Source: an uncultured Bacillales bacterium (lineage in GTDB: Bacteria > Bacillota_I > Bacilli_A > RF39 > UBA660). From it: 64,000 nucleotides of DNA. Made by a program: the position numbers and the translations under genes. The stretch is taken from assembly GCA_946536225.1 (NCBI GenBank), contig CAMNEE010000002.1, positions 239,523 to 303,522 of the forward strand. The letters run 5' to 3'. Numbering within the stretch: the stretch's first letter is position 1; each line of letters starts with the position of its first letter. This document shows, in pieces, positions 46,705-57,099 of this stretch. The notes below the pieces were generated by a model. That model was not told the DNA's origin and ran no database searches. It saw only the letters and a list, made by a program, of their open reading frames with translations.

Positions 46705-48441
46705 ATGTCTATATTTGATTTTTTAAGATTTAATAAAAAAGAAAAATTATCAGGACCTTGGGAAAAATATTATAGTGAAGAAGAGCTTAATTATAGAATT
46801 CCTAATATCACTATGTATGAACAAATACTTTTAAGTGAACATAAGTATCCTAATCTTAAAGCAATAGAATACTTAGGTAGAAAAATATCTTATAAAACAC
46901 TACTTAAGAATATTGAAAAGACTGCAATTGCTTTTAAGAAATTAGGAGTTTCAAAAGGTGACATTGTAACAGTATGTTTGCCTAATGTACCTGAAGCTTT
47001 ATATTGTATATATGCCCTAAATAAATTAGGTGCAATTGCTAATATGACTCATCCTTTATCAAGTGAAGGAGAATTAAAAGAAGCAGTTAATTCAACAAAT
47101 AGTACAATTCTTATTATGTGTAATCAGTTCTTTGATAAGATAGAACCAATTTTAAATGAAACTGATTTATTACATGTAATATTTGTTAATCCAGCAGACT
47201 CTATGAGTTTCTTCTTAAGTATTGGTTATAGATTAATGACTTTAGGCAAATTTAAGAAGTATCCTCATAATAGAGTTTATAGATCTTGGAAGAGTTTTTA
47301 TAGAACTTCTTTTGGAGAAGCAAATGTTAAATACAGAAAATGGGGTAAGAACACTGCTGCTGTAATAATACACTCAGGTGGTACAAGTGGTACTCCTAAG
47401 AATGTTGTTATTCAAAATAGAGCATTTATTCTTGGAGCAAAACAAACTGGAGATATGAGACTACATTTAAAACCAGGAGACTCATGTCTTGCAATCATGC
47501 CTAACTTCCATGGATTTGGGTTATCTGTTTGTATGCATACTGCATTAACTCTTGGATGCTATACAACACTTGTTCCTCAGTTTAATGCAAAAGAGTTTGA
47601 TAAACTATTTGCAAAAACTAAACCTACAATAGTTCTTGGTGTACCAACACTTTTTGAAGCACTTATAGGTAATGATAATGTTAAGAATTTAGATCTATCA
47701 TTCTTAAAGTATGCAGTATCAGGTGGAGATCTTTTACCAAAGAACTTAGAAGATAGAATTAATGCATATTTTAAAGAACATAATTCAAGAGCAATTATTA
47801 CTCAAGGATATGGTTTATCTGAAGCACTTGCTGCTGTTACATTAGCAACTCCTGATATTAATAAATCAGGTTCAATAGGTATTCCTTTAGCAGGTAACTT
47901 TATTAAGATTATTAACTCTAACAGAGACACTCTTCCTTATGGTGAAGTAGGAGAAATTGTAATTAACTCTAAAGCACTTATGATGGGTTACTTAAATAAT
48001 GAATCAGAAACAAATGAAACACTTCAAATTCATAATGATGGTCATATCTGGTTACATACTGGTGACTTAGGATACATGGATGAAGATGGTTTTATCTTCT
48101 ACAAAGGTAGACTTAAGAGAATGATTATAACTTCAGGTTATAATGTATATCCATCACATGTAGAAGAAGTTATCGAGTCTCACCCAGATGTACTTCAGTG
48201 TTCTGTTGTAGGTATTCCTCATCCTTATAAACAAGAAGTATGTAAAGCATTCATTGTTCTTAAAGATGGAAAACATAATTTATTTGTTAAAAATAATATT
48301 AAAGCATATTGTAAAAAGAATTTAGCTAAATACATGGTACCTGCTGAATTTGTATATAGAAAACAATTACCCAAAACTAAATTAGGTAAAGTAGACTTTA
48401 GAAGCTTACAAGAAGACAAAGGTGCTGATGACGATGAATAA
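46705..48441 (+). CDS. Long-chain fatty-acid--CoA ligase (AMP-binding superfamily)
   Basis: AMP-binding motif IIHSGGTSGTPKNV and C-terminal lid domain. Confidence 0.85.
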   Translation: MSIFDFLRFNKKEKLSGPWEKYYSEEELNYRIPNITMYEQILLSEHKYPNLKAIEYLGRKISYKTLLKNIEKTAIAFKKLGVSKGDIVTVCLPNVPEALYCIYALNKLGAIANMTHPLSSEGELKEAVNSTNSTILIMCNQFFDKIEPILNETDLLHVIFVNPADSMSFFLSIGYRLMTLGKFKKYPHNRVYRSWKSFYRTSFGEANVKYRKWGKNTAAVIIHSGGTSGTPKNVVIQNRAFILGAKQTGDMRLHLKPGDSCLAIMPNFHGFGLSVCMHTALTLGCYTTLVPQFNAKEFDKLFAKTKPTIVLGVPTLFEALIGNDNVKNLDLSFLKYAVSGGDLLPKNLEDRINAYFKEHNSRAIITQGYGLSEALAAVTLATPDINKSGSIGIPLAGNFIKIINSNRDTLPYGEVGEIVINSKALMMGYLNNESETNETLQIHNDGHIWLHTGDLGYMDEDGFIFYKGRLKRMIITSGYNVYPSHVEEVIESHPDVLQCSVVGIPHPYKQEVCKAFIVLKDGKHNLFVKNNIKAYCKKNLAKYMVPAEFVYRKQLPKTKLGKVDFRSLQEDKGADDDE

Positions 48442-49315
48442 TTATAGTAAAATGCCTTGGTTATATAAAACAGGTAAAGCACTCCTTGGTCCTATTTTTA
48501 AAGGATATTATAGACCAATTATAGTAGGTACAGAAAACATTCCTGAAAAAGGGAATGCAATTATAGCAGGAGACCATATTCATCTATATGATCAATGTCA
48601 TGTTATTGTTTCTACTAAAAGACCAATTTTCTACATGGCTAAAAAAGAATACTTTGATAGTAAAAAAACTAAATGGTTCTTTAAAGGTGTTGGTTGTATT
48701 CCAGTAGATAGAACTCATAAAGATGAAGAAGCCACTAAAAGTGCTCTAGAAGTACTTAATGAAGGTGGGCTTCTTGGTATATTTCCTGAAGGAACAAGAA
48801 ACCATGCTAAAGATGAAAAGATAAAAGAAATATATGATGAGTATCTAATGAATCTTCACTTTGAAGATGTAAGAGATAGCTTAAGAGATAAGAATGTTAA
48901 ATTATCTCAAATAAATTTTTTAACTAAGTTATTTGATGAAAAACGTATAACAAGAGAAGAACTTGATAAAGCAATATTTCATATTGATGCATCTTTAAGA
49001 ATATATGTTGATCAAGGTAAGATTACAGAAGATGAGTATTATGATTCACTTCTTCTTCCATTTAAATTTGGAGTAGTATCTCTTGCTAAAAAAACTTCTT
49101 CTCCAATTATACCTATGATAACAACTGGTAAATATGAGCATCACAGCAAAGACTTAGTTGTACAATTTGGTAAACCTTACTATGTAGGTGATAAAGAGTT
49201 GGATGTAGCTTTAAAAGAACTAAGAGAAGAGTTTATAAAATTAATTAAAGATAATGAAATGGTTTTAAAGAATAATAAAGTAAATAAAGAACTAGAAAAA
49301 GAATTGAAAAAATAG
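48434..49315 (+). CDS. Second lysophospholipid acyltransferase (PlsC-like) with an extended C-terminus
   Basis: GDHIHLYD (HX4D) motif and FPEGTR motif. Overlaps the preceding ligase gene. The start may be 48422, 48428 or 48434. Confidence 0.7.
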   Translation: MNNYSKMPWLYKTGKALLGPIFKGYYRPIIVGTENIPEKGNAIIAGDHIHLYDQCHVIVSTKRPIFYMAKKEYFDSKKTKWFFKGVGCIPVDRTHKDEEATKSALEVLNEGGLLGIFPEGTRNHAKDEKIKEIYDEYLMNLHFEDVRDSLRDKNVKLSQINFLTKLFDEKRITREELDKAIFHIDASLRIYVDQGKITEDEYYDSLLLPFKFGVVSLAKKTSSPIIPMITTGKYEHHSKDLVVQFGKPYYVGDKELDVALKELREEFIKLIKDNEMVLKNNKVNKELEKELKK

Positions 49316-49318
49316 CAA

Positions 49319-49352
49319 TTAGCACTTTACTATTGAAAGTGCTAATTTTTTG
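49319..49352 (+). terminator. Rho-independent terminator
   Basis: ttagcacttt-actattg-aaagtgctaa followed by a T-run. Confidence 0.75.
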
Positions 49353-49394
49353 TTTTATAATAATCAATGTAAGAAATTCGAAGGAAGTGTAACA

Positions 49395-51269
49395 ATGGCA
49401 AAAAAACAATTTAAAACTGAATCCAAGAAACTAATGGATTTAATGATTAACTCAATTTATACAAATAAAGATATTTTCTTAAGAGAAATAATTTCTAATG
49501 CAAGTGATGCAATTGATAAATTATATTATAAATCACTTACAGATAAATCAATTCTTTTAAAGAAAAAAGATTATGTAATCAATATTTCTACTAATGTAGA
49601 AGATAGAACTATTACTATTCGTGATAATGGTATTGGTATGTCTAAAGAAGACTTAGAAAATAACTTAGGTGTTATTGCTAAATCTGGTTCTCTAGATTTT
49701 AAAAATGAAAATGAACATAAAAAAGATATTGATATAATTGGTCAATTTGGTGTTGGTTTTTATTCTTCATTCATGGTAGCTGATAAAGTAACAGTAATCT
49801 CAAAAAAATATGGTGAAGATGAAGCATATATCTGGGAGTCATCTGGAGTAGATGGTTATACAATTGAAAAGACAGACAAAGCAACAAATGGTACTGATGT
49901 AATTATTACATTAAAAAGTGATACAGATGATGAAAAGTATACTGATTTCTTAGATCAAAATACTATATCTAGATTAGTTAAAACATATTCAAACTATATT
50001 ACTTATCCTATTAAGATGAATATGGTTAAGAGAAACTACAATGAGAAAACTAAATCATATGATGAAAACATGGAAAATGTTACTTTAAATGATATGATTC
50101 CTATCTGGAAGAAGAGCAAATCATCTATTAAAGAAGAAGATTATAATAACTTCTATAAAGATAAATTTAATGATTATGTAGATCCAATTAAAGTAATCCA
50201 TACATCAGCAGAAGGAATAGTTTCATTTAATTCACTTTTATTTATTCCTGGACAAGCACCATACGACTTTTATACAAAAGACTATGAAAAAGGATTAAAA
50301 CTATATTCAAATGGAGTATTAATCATGGATAAATGTAAAGATTTATTACCTGATTATTATTCATTTGTTAAAGGTGTTGTAGATACTCCTGATTTATCAC
50401 TTAATATTTCAAGAGAAATGCTTCAACAAGATAGAGCACTTAAATTAATTGCAAAGAATATTGAAAATAAGATTAATAAAGAACTTCTAGATTTAGAAGA
50501 AAAGGATAGAGAAAAATACCAAGAATTCTTTAAAAACTTTGGTATGCAAATTAAATTCAGCATTTATAACAACTTTGGTATAAATAAAGATAAACTACAA
50601 GATTTATTAATATTTGAATCAAGTAAAGATAATAAGTTTATTACTTTAAAAGAATATGTTGAAAGAAATAAAGATAATGATAAAAAGATCTACTATGTAT
50701 GTGGTGAAACAGTTGATAAGATTGATTCACTTCCAATTGTAGAAGAGTTTAAAGATAAAGATATTGAATTCTTATATTGTACTAATTACATGGATGAATT
50801 CGTAATGAAAGCCATAAATGAATATGAAGGATTTAAATTATCTAATATAGCAAGTGATAAAGTAGATTTATCAAGTGATGAAGAAAAAGAAAGTTTAAAG
50901 AAACTTAATGAAGAATCAAAAGATATGTTTAAACTTATGAGTGAAGCTCTACCTGATATTTCAGAAGTAAGATTTACTAACAAGTTAAAGAAACATCCAG
51001 TTTGTTTAACAAGTGAAGGTGAGATATCACTTGAAATGGAAAAAGTTATTAATGCTATGCCAACTGATGAACATATTGATGCAACAAAGATTCTAGAAAT
51101 CAATGAAAATCATAAGATAGCATCTAAGATTAAAGAGTTATATAAAACTGATAAAGACGCTTTAAAAGACTATACAAAGATTCTTTATGCACAAGCTCGT
51201 CTTATTGAAGGTCTACCTATAGATAATCCTACTGAAATAACTAATCTTATATGTGAAAAGTTATCATAA
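49395..51269 (+). CDS. htpG: Molecular chaperone HtpG (Hsp90)
   Basis: REIISNASDAIDKL and GQFGVGFYS Hsp90 ATPase motifs. Confidence 0.9.
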   Translation: MAKKQFKTESKKLMDLMINSIYTNKDIFLREIISNASDAIDKLYYKSLTDKSILLKKKDYVINISTNVEDRTITIRDNGIGMSKEDLENNLGVIAKSGSLDFKNENEHKKDIDIIGQFGVGFYSSFMVADKVTVISKKYGEDEAYIWESSGVDGYTIEKTDKATNGTDVIITLKSDTDDEKYTDFLDQNTISRLVKTYSNYITYPIKMNMVKRNYNEKTKSYDENMENVTLNDMIPIWKKSKSSIKEEDYNNFYKDKFNDYVDPIKVIHTSAEGIVSFNSLLFIPGQAPYDFYTKDYEKGLKLYSNGVLIMDKCKDLLPDYYSFVKGVVDTPDLSLNISREMLQQDRALKLIAKNIENKINKELLDLEEKDREKYQEFFKNFGMQIKFSIYNNFGINKDKLQDLLIFESSKDNKFITLKEYVERNKDNDKKIYYVCGETVDKIDSLPIVEEFKDKDIEFLYCTNYMDEFVMKAINEYEGFKLSNIASDKVDLSSDEEKESLKKLNEESKDMFKLMSEALPDISEVRFTNKLKKHPVCLTSEGEISLEMEKVINAMPTDEHIDATKILEINENHKIASKIKELYKTDKDALKDYTKILYAQARLIEGLPIDNPTEITNLICEKLS

Positions 51270-51270
51270 T

Positions 51271-51298
51271 TAAGAAGACAGGTCATGTCTTCTTTTTT
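51271..51298 (+). terminator. Rho-independent terminator
   Basis: aagaagaca-ggtca-tgtcttctt followed by a T-run. Confidence 0.75.
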
Positions 51299-51331
51299 TG
51301 TGTTATACTTTAGTTATTAGGAGGGCACATT

Positions 51332-52333
51332 ATGAAAGACTTATTTATACTTATAAGGGTTAGTAACCCTGAAGTAGAAAAACTAGAAGATTTAATTACA
51401 GAACTTAAAAAAACTTTTCCCCATATTTTAATTGTTAATGATGGAAGTGATAAAAGATATAATGAATTCTTTTCATCTTTAGAAGAAAGTGGTGTTGAAG
51501 TATTTAATAATTATTTAACTCTAGGAATTGGAAGAAGTATTAAAAATGGTTTTAATTATATAATATCCAACTATTCAAATATTAAAGGTGTAGTTACAGC
51601 AAGTCCTAATAATACTTATAGAGATATTCATACATGTGCATCCATGCTTTTAAAAAATAAAGATAAACTTATAATAGGAAAAAGAGACTTTAATTCATCT
51701 AACACTCCTAAATCATATAAAACTAATAACAAAATCATAAATGGTTTATTTAGTTTATTAACAAGTATAAAGGTAAATGATTCAACATCTCTTCTAAGAG
51801 GATTTAGTAAAGATACTATTATTAAATACTTTAATACAAAAGGAGAAGGGTTAGATTATTTAAGTAATACTCTAATAAAAACAAGAGAAGAAGAACTTGA
51901 AATAATTGAATTTGATATTGATAGTAGCTTTAATGATAACTACACTATTAAAGATATGTATTATTTATATAAATCATTTTTTAAATGTATTTATTCATCT
52001 TCATTTGTAATAGATCTTATTATCTTTACTATACTAATTTTATTTAAATTGAATATTGTTTTATCGGTATTATTTGCAAGAGTTATATCAAGTTTTTATA
52101 ACTATAAAAAAGTATTAAATAAAGTATTTAAGAAGTACCCAAAAACTATAATTAAGAGATATTATATACTTGTCATATTTGAAACAATTATTAGTTCATT
52201 ATTAACATATATAATATCAACATTATTGAGTATTAATCCAGTATTAGTTAAAATTAATATAGACATTATTTTGTTAATAATAAGTTTTTATATTAAAAAT
52301 AGTCTAATATTTGGAGGAGTAAATGAAAAATAA
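51332..52333 (+). CDS. Membrane protein with an N-terminal GT2-like (DXD-type) domain and a C-terminal multi-TM region
   Basis: IVNDGSDK resembles the GT2 DDGSxD motif. C-terminal hydrophobic helices. The family call is tentative. Confidence 0.4.
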   Translation: MKDLFILIRVSNPEVEKLEDLITELKKTFPHILIVNDGSDKRYNEFFSSLEESGVEVFNNYLTLGIGRSIKNGFNYIISNYSNIKGVVTASPNNTYRDIHTCASMLLKNKDKLIIGKRDFNSSNTPKSYKTNNKIINGLFSLLTSIKVNDSTSLLRGFSKDTIIKYFNTKGEGLDYLSNTLIKTREEELEIIEFDIDSSFNDNYTIKDMYYLYKSFFKCIYSSSFVIDLIIFTILILFKLNIVLSVLFARVISSFYNYKKVLNKVFKKYPKTIIKRYYILVIFETIISSLLTYIISTLLSINPVLVKINIDIILLIISFYIKNSLIFGGVNEK

Positions 52334-52934
52334 AAAATTCTACATTGCAATAATTCTAGCTCTTTTATTTACTATTAATACAGTACTAGTACTATGTGAT
52401 TATACTGTTCCTTTTGATGATGCTATTCATAATTTAATTACACATCTTTATTGTCCAGCTCTTGATGTAATAATGCGTATTATTACATTCTTTGCATCAG
52501 ACATTGTAATTGTTTCAATAGTTGTTTTATCAATGCTTTATTTATTCGTTGAAAATAAAAAGATTAAATCGCTTTTTGTAGGACTTACTATAAGTGCATC
52601 TATGTTAACATATTTATTGTTTAATATGATGATTAAAAGAGCAAGACCAATTTATATAAGTATCTTAGAAACAAGATATTCGTATCCATCTGGTCATACA
52701 ACAGCATCAATTACTATATATGGTTTATTCTTATATATAATTAACAAGGGAAACTATAGTAAGAAAACAAAGAAGATACTTTCATCTATTTGTTTATTCT
52801 TTATGGTATTTATTCCTATATCAAGATTATATTTAGGTGCTCACTTTATATCTGATGTAATAGGTGGAATATTACTTGCATCTTTATATATAACTTTATC
52901 AACTAATATATACGAAGAATTAACAGAAAAATAA
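52323..52934 (+). CDS. PAP2-family phosphatase (membrane)
   Basis: KRARP, PSGH and SRLYLGAHFISD PAP2 motifs. Confidence 0.85.
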   Translation: MKNKKFYIAIILALLFTINTVLVLCDYTVPFDDAIHNLITHLYCPALDVIMRIITFFASDIVIVSIVVLSMLYLFVENKKIKSLFVGLTISASMLTYLLFNMMIKRARPIYISILETRYSYPSGHTTASITIYGLFLYIINKGNYSKKTKKILSSICLFFMVFIPISRLYLGAHFISDVIGGILLASLYITLSTNIYEELTEK

Positions 52935-52990
52935 AAGGGATGTTTAAGCATCCTTTTTGTGTTATAATCTTTAAGAAATCAGGTGAAAAC

Positions 52991-53506
52991 ATGAAAGAAA
53001 AAGTAAATGAAGTACTAAACAAAATGAAAGAAATTGGCTATGGCTGGGTAGAACCAAATGGAGTAAAACACTTTAAATCTAAACAAAATTATTTTAAAGA
53101 GTTTTATAGAATCATGCCAATTGATAAAATACTTGAGTATAAAGTTGGTACTTGTTTTGAAAGTGCTAAACTTACAGCTCACTTTTTAAAAGAAAAAGGT
53201 ATTCCTTCTAAGAGTTATATGATTAATTATACTGATCCAAATAAACTTGCTAAACATACATTTACCGTTTGCAATGATGAAGAACACTACTATTTAGTTG
53301 AGTCATCATGGGTTAATGAAAAAATAGAGTTTGATAATCTAAATGATTTAATTACATCAGTTATTAAAAGATATCCAAGAATGTATAAAATAGAAAACTT
53401 AGATATGTCTTTAGTACATGTATATGAAATAGATGAAATACCAGATTTAATGAGTCTAGATGAATTTGTAAATTTTGCATCTAATAATGAAATCAAAATA
53501 AAATAA
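52991..53506 (+). CDS. Small transglutaminase-like/papain-fold protein (candidate Cys-His-Asp hydrolase)
   Basis: GTCFESAKLTAHFLKEKGIP resembles the TGase-like GxCxxxAxxxxxLxRxxGIP motif, with downstream His and acidic residues. An RBS aggtga precedes the ATG at 52991. Confidence 0.4.
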   Translation: MKEKVNEVLNKMKEIGYGWVEPNGVKHFKSKQNYFKEFYRIMPIDKILEYKVGTCFESAKLTAHFLKEKGIPSKSYMINYTDPNKLAKHTFTVCNDEEHYYLVESSWVNEKIEFDNLNDLITSVIKRYPRMYKIENLDMSLVHVYEIDEIPDLMSLDEFVNFASNNEIKIK

Positions 53507-53528
53507 TCACTTTAAGTGATTATTTTTT
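53505..53528 (+). terminator. Rho-independent terminator
   Basis: aatcac-tttaa-gtgatt followed by a T-run. Confidence 0.6.
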
Positions 53529-53529
53529 A

Positions 53530-53593
53530 TTATAAAGAGATACAAAAGAATAATAGGGTATGTTTGGTTGATTTAGGTGCTATCTCTTTATAA
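53530..53593. repeat. Perfect 13-bp inverted repeat (ttataaagagata ... tatctctttataa) with a 38-nt spacer
   Basis: Read directly from the sequence. Followed by ttcttcctcctttc. Confidence 0.7.
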
Positions 53594-53697
53594 TTCTTCC
53601 TCCTTTCAAGTACTATTAAATCATTAACGTATGTTTAAAAATGTCGTTTTTTGTCGCTTTTATCTAATTTGTGATAAAATTAACTTAAGGTGATACT

Positions 53698-54216
53698 ATG
53701 AAATATTTAGTAATATCTGATATTCATGGAATTAATGAATATATGAGTGAGTTTGAAAGTATTGTTTCAAGAGAAAAACCAGATAAAATTATTTTACTAG
53801 GGGATCTTTTATTTCATGGATATGGTTATGATTCCGACAATTTTATTGTAGCTGAAACTCTTAACTTATATAAAGATAAAATAATAGGTATAAGAGGTAA
53901 TAACGATATATCTTATGATGAACTAAGTTTAGAGTTTCCACTTGATGATTATATTAAGATGGTTATTAAAGACAAAGTATTTATATTTACGCATGGACAT
54001 ATTTATAATGAATATAACATGCCTTTTAAAGCAGATTATCTCGTCATGGGACATACACATAAATGTGGAATTAAAAGAATAGGGGATTTAGTAATTGCTA
54101 ACCCAGGATCAATAAGTTTACCAAGGGGAGGAACTCCTCACTCATATATGATAATAGATGATATAATAACTATAAAAGATATAGATGGAAAAGTAATCGA
54201 GGAAGTGAGTATATGA
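53698..54216 (+). CDS. Metallophosphoesterase (YfcE-like phosphodiesterase)
   Basis: DIHG, GDLL, GNND and GHTH motifs. Confidence 0.8.
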   Translation: MKYLVISDIHGINEYMSEFESIVSREKPDKIILLGDLLFHGYGYDSDNFIVAETLNLYKDKIIGIRGNNDISYDELSLEFPLDDYIKMVIKDKVFIFTHGHIYNEYNMPFKADYLVMGHTHKCGIKRIGDLVIANPGSISLPRGGTPHSYMIIDDIITIKDIDGKVIEEVSI

Positions 54217-54686
54217 AAATTGATCATCAAACATTTGTTAAAAACTTTTTTTCCAAAATGGAAAAATACTATGACGAAGTAGAAATGCAAAAACTATTAA
54301 ACATTGTTGAAGAAATTGAAAGTAAACAAACTATGTCTGTTGAAGAGGCAATAGACATAGTATCAAAAATGAAACTACGTGATAGACATACAGCTATTGC
54401 TCTTGCTATTATTTATCAAAAACCAATGGCTTATATTATTCTTCAAAATACAACAGATATGTTAATACCTACAGAAGTAGAAAAACTAAAGAATAGTATT
54501 ACTAACAAAACAGAAGATGAATTCTTTAAAGGTTATACTAACTATGACTATTATTGTTTAAAAAGAAGTATAGCAGATGATGCATTAGATGAACTTGATA
54601 ATCCAATCTGGGATATAGAAAAAGAGATATTATTTCATTTTGTTCAATATAAAGAAGGTAAGAGAGGAAAAGTCTTATCAAAGTAA
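54213..54686 (+). CDS. Hypothetical protein (157 aa)
   Basis: Overlaps the upstream gene by 4 nt. No recognisable motifs. Confidence 0.4.
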   Translation: MKIDHQTFVKNFFSKMEKYYDEVEMQKLLNIVEEIESKQTMSVEEAIDIVSKMKLRDRHTAIALAIIYQKPMAYIILQNTTDMLIPTEVEKLKNSITNKTEDEFFKGYTNYDYYCLKRSIADDALDELDNPIWDIEKEILFHFVQYKEGKRGKVLSK

Positions 54687-54746
54687 GAGTATAATATTTA
54701 ATAAATAGTTTACTTGTGATATTCTATTGATAGCGGAGGAAAAAAT

Positions 54747-55316
54747 ATGATGGCATTAGAAACATTCTTAATTGTATTTTTAGTATTCTTTTTTATAGTT
54801 CCACTTGGACTTGCAATTATTGCTATAATTGGAGAATACAAAATGTTTGAAAAAGCAGGAGTAGAAGGTTGGAAAGCAATTATTCCTTTATACAACGTAT
54901 ATGTTGCTGGAACAGAAGTAGGAAAATTAAACTCTGGATGGGGGCTAGCTGCTTTGATAGGTATATTAGTTCCAATTGTTGGTCCAATTATAACTTTATG
55001 TGCAACTATTAATATTAACTATGCTGTTGCAAAGAAATTTGGAGCAGATGATGTAGGAGTAATTCTTACAATTATTTTTGCACCAATCATGTACTGTGTA
55101 TATGGATTTGGTAAAGCAACATATAGAAGAAATGTTGATGTTCCTGAACATGGTTTATTTGGAGGAGTTATTTCATCTGTAAATGGTACAAATTATACTA
55201 GAACAAATGAAAATACTACTAAAGAAACAAGTGGTAATAAATTTTGTCCAAGCTGTGGTTCACCAGTTAAAGCAACTGATAAATTCTGCAAATCATGTGG
55301 TAATCCATTAAAATAA
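54747..55316 (+). CDS. Membrane protein with a C-terminal zinc-ribbon (CPSCGS...CKSCGN)
   Basis: RBS ggaggaaaa. Four to five TM helices and a CxxC...CxxC tail. Confidence 0.55.
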   Translation: MMALETFLIVFLVFFFIVPLGLAIIAIIGEYKMFEKAGVEGWKAIIPLYNVYVAGTEVGKLNSGWGLAALIGILVPIVGPIITLCATININYAVAKKFGADDVGVILTIIFAPIMYCVYGFGKATYRRNVDVPEHGLFGGVISSVNGTNYTRTNENTTKETSGNKFCPSCGSPVKATDKFCKSCGNPLK

Positions 55317-55340
55317 ACTCGAATTAATCGAGTTTTTTTT
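55314..55340 (+). terminator. Rho-independent terminator
   Basis: aaactcga-attaa-tcgagttt followed by a T-run. Confidence 0.7.
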
Positions 55341-55364
55341 ATATAATATTTTTGGGTGATAATT

Positions 55365-56024
55365 ATGAATATATTATTAACAGGAGCTTCCTCTGGATTA
55401 GGAATAGTAGTTGCTCGTAAATTATTAGAAAAAGGTAACTTTGTAATACTTCATTATTTTAATAATAAAACCGAGCTTGAAAAACTACATGAAGAATTCT
55501 TAGATAGATCTCTTCTTTATAAATGTGATTTAAGAAGTGAAGCTGAAATACATGAAATGTATGAAGAATTAAAAAATATGAAAATTGATGTTTTAATTAA
55601 TAATGCAGCAATTGATAATAATACACCAATTGAGGATAAAACAGTAGATTCATTTATTAATGTTTATAAAACTAATTTAATTGGACCATTTATGTTAATA
55701 AAATACTTTGGTAATGATATTAATTCTAGATATGGTTCTATTATTAATATCTCAAGTGACAATGCAATTGATTCATACGATGAACAAACTATTGAATATG
55801 ATTGTTCTAAAGCTAGTCTTAATTTACTTACTAAATGTTTTTCTAAAAAGTATAGTAAAACTAAAATAAATGCTCTATGCTTTGGATGGCTTGATACTAA
55901 AATGAATAATATACCTGATGATATTAGAAATCTAATAGACTTCTATCCTTTAGATAAAGCTGCTGAAGATATTATTAATTTAATAGATACTAAAGAAACA
56001 GGTAAAATAATTATTAAACGTTAA
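55365..56024 (+). CDS. Short-chain dehydrogenase/reductase (SDR)
   Basis: TGASSGLG Rossmann motif, NNAA and Y..K (YDCSK). Confidence 0.8.
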   Translation: MNILLTGASSGLGIVVARKLLEKGNFVILHYFNNKTELEKLHEEFLDRSLLYKCDLRSEAEIHEMYEELKNMKIDVLINNAAIDNNTPIEDKTVDSFINVYKTNLIGPFMLIKYFGNDINSRYGSIINISSDNAIDSYDEQTIEYDCSKASLNLLTKCFSKKYSKTKINALCFGWLDTKMNNIPDDIRNLIDFYPLDKAAEDIINLIDTKETGKIIIKR

Positions 56025-56080
56025 ATTGAGAAAACGCATCTTATGTGTTAATATAACTCCTTGAAGAAAGGAGTTTTTAT

Positions 56081-57064
56081 ATGGAATTTAGTAAAAAGAA
56101 TAATACTTTATTTTCGTACCTTAGTCCAAAAGAAAAAGAAGATGTTATAAAAGATATAAAGTCTACATTAGTATCATTTAGATATTCTCTTGGTCTTCCT
56201 GAAGATGTTACATTTGGTTTAGAAGTTGAATATGATGAATTATCCAGGGAAGAAGTTAATGCTTTTCTACATTCTGTTGCTCCTTTATGGTATCCAACTC
56301 CAGAAACATCTCTTCCTCAAGGTGGAGAAGTTACATCTCCTGTTTTAACTGATAAATTTTCTACATGGATTGATCTTAAAAATCTTTGTTCTTTTTTAAG
56401 AATTGCAGGAGCAACTACAAAAGATGGAGTTGGTTCTCACATTCATGTTGGTGTTGCAAATACTTTAGGAAATAATGAATATTCTTGGTTAAACTTCATT
56501 AAGAAGTGGATTATATATGAAGGTGTAATATTTCGTTTTACAAATGGCGAAAGTGTTACTCCAAGAGCTAACTATAATAGTCATTGTTATCCAATTGCTC
56601 TTGATCTATATGATATGTTACTTAATAGTGAAGGTGATATTAATTTAGATACTTTAAATAGAATAATTCCTTATGATAGATTTCAATCAATTAATTTTAG
56701 AAATGTTAAATGGCAAAATCTAAAAGATAATAATTCTTTTAATACAATAGAACTTAGAAGTCCAAATGGTACTATAGAAGAGGCTATCTGGCAAAATAAT
56801 GTTAACTTCTTTGTGAGATTTTTACTATCTTGTACCAAAGAACAAGATGAAGAATATATTAAATATGCTTTAAGAAAAATGGATAATGTTTATAACTACG
56901 GAGACTACTTTAAAATTGATATAGATAAAGTATTCAAATTAGTAGACGATATATTTAACAATGAATTAGATAAAGTATATTTTTTAAGACAATATATTAA
57001 AGATGAAGAAGAGTTACGAGAAGAAGGAATCAAACTTACAAAATCATTTGTAAAAGAAAAGTAA
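56081..57064 (+). CDS. Carboxylate-amine ligase of the GCS2/YbdK (glutamate-cysteine ligase family 2) type
   Basis: VTFGLEVEY, SHIHVGV and IELRSPNGT align with YbdK TLGIELE, QHVHVGC and VEVRVMD. Confidence 0.6.
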   Translation: MEFSKKNNTLFSYLSPKEKEDVIKDIKSTLVSFRYSLGLPEDVTFGLEVEYDELSREEVNAFLHSVAPLWYPTPETSLPQGGEVTSPVLTDKFSTWIDLKNLCSFLRIAGATTKDGVGSHIHVGVANTLGNNEYSWLNFIKKWIIYEGVIFRFTNGESVTPRANYNSHCYPIALDLYDMLLNSEGDINLDTLNRIIPYDRFQSINFRNVKWQNLKDNNSFNTIELRSPNGTIEEAIWQNNVNFFVRFLLSCTKEQDEEYIKYALRKMDNVYNYGDYFKIDIDKVFKLVDDIFNNELDKVYFLRQYIKDEEELREEGIKLTKSFVKEK

Positions 57065-57099
57065 TGTGATATATTATATTTATTGTTGGAGGTGTCTAT

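Noticed and set aside
53594-53612. Minus-strand gene starting at the perfect SD (gaaaggagg) near 53600
   Set aside because: No start codon or ORF follows the SD on the minus strand; stops occur within a few codons.
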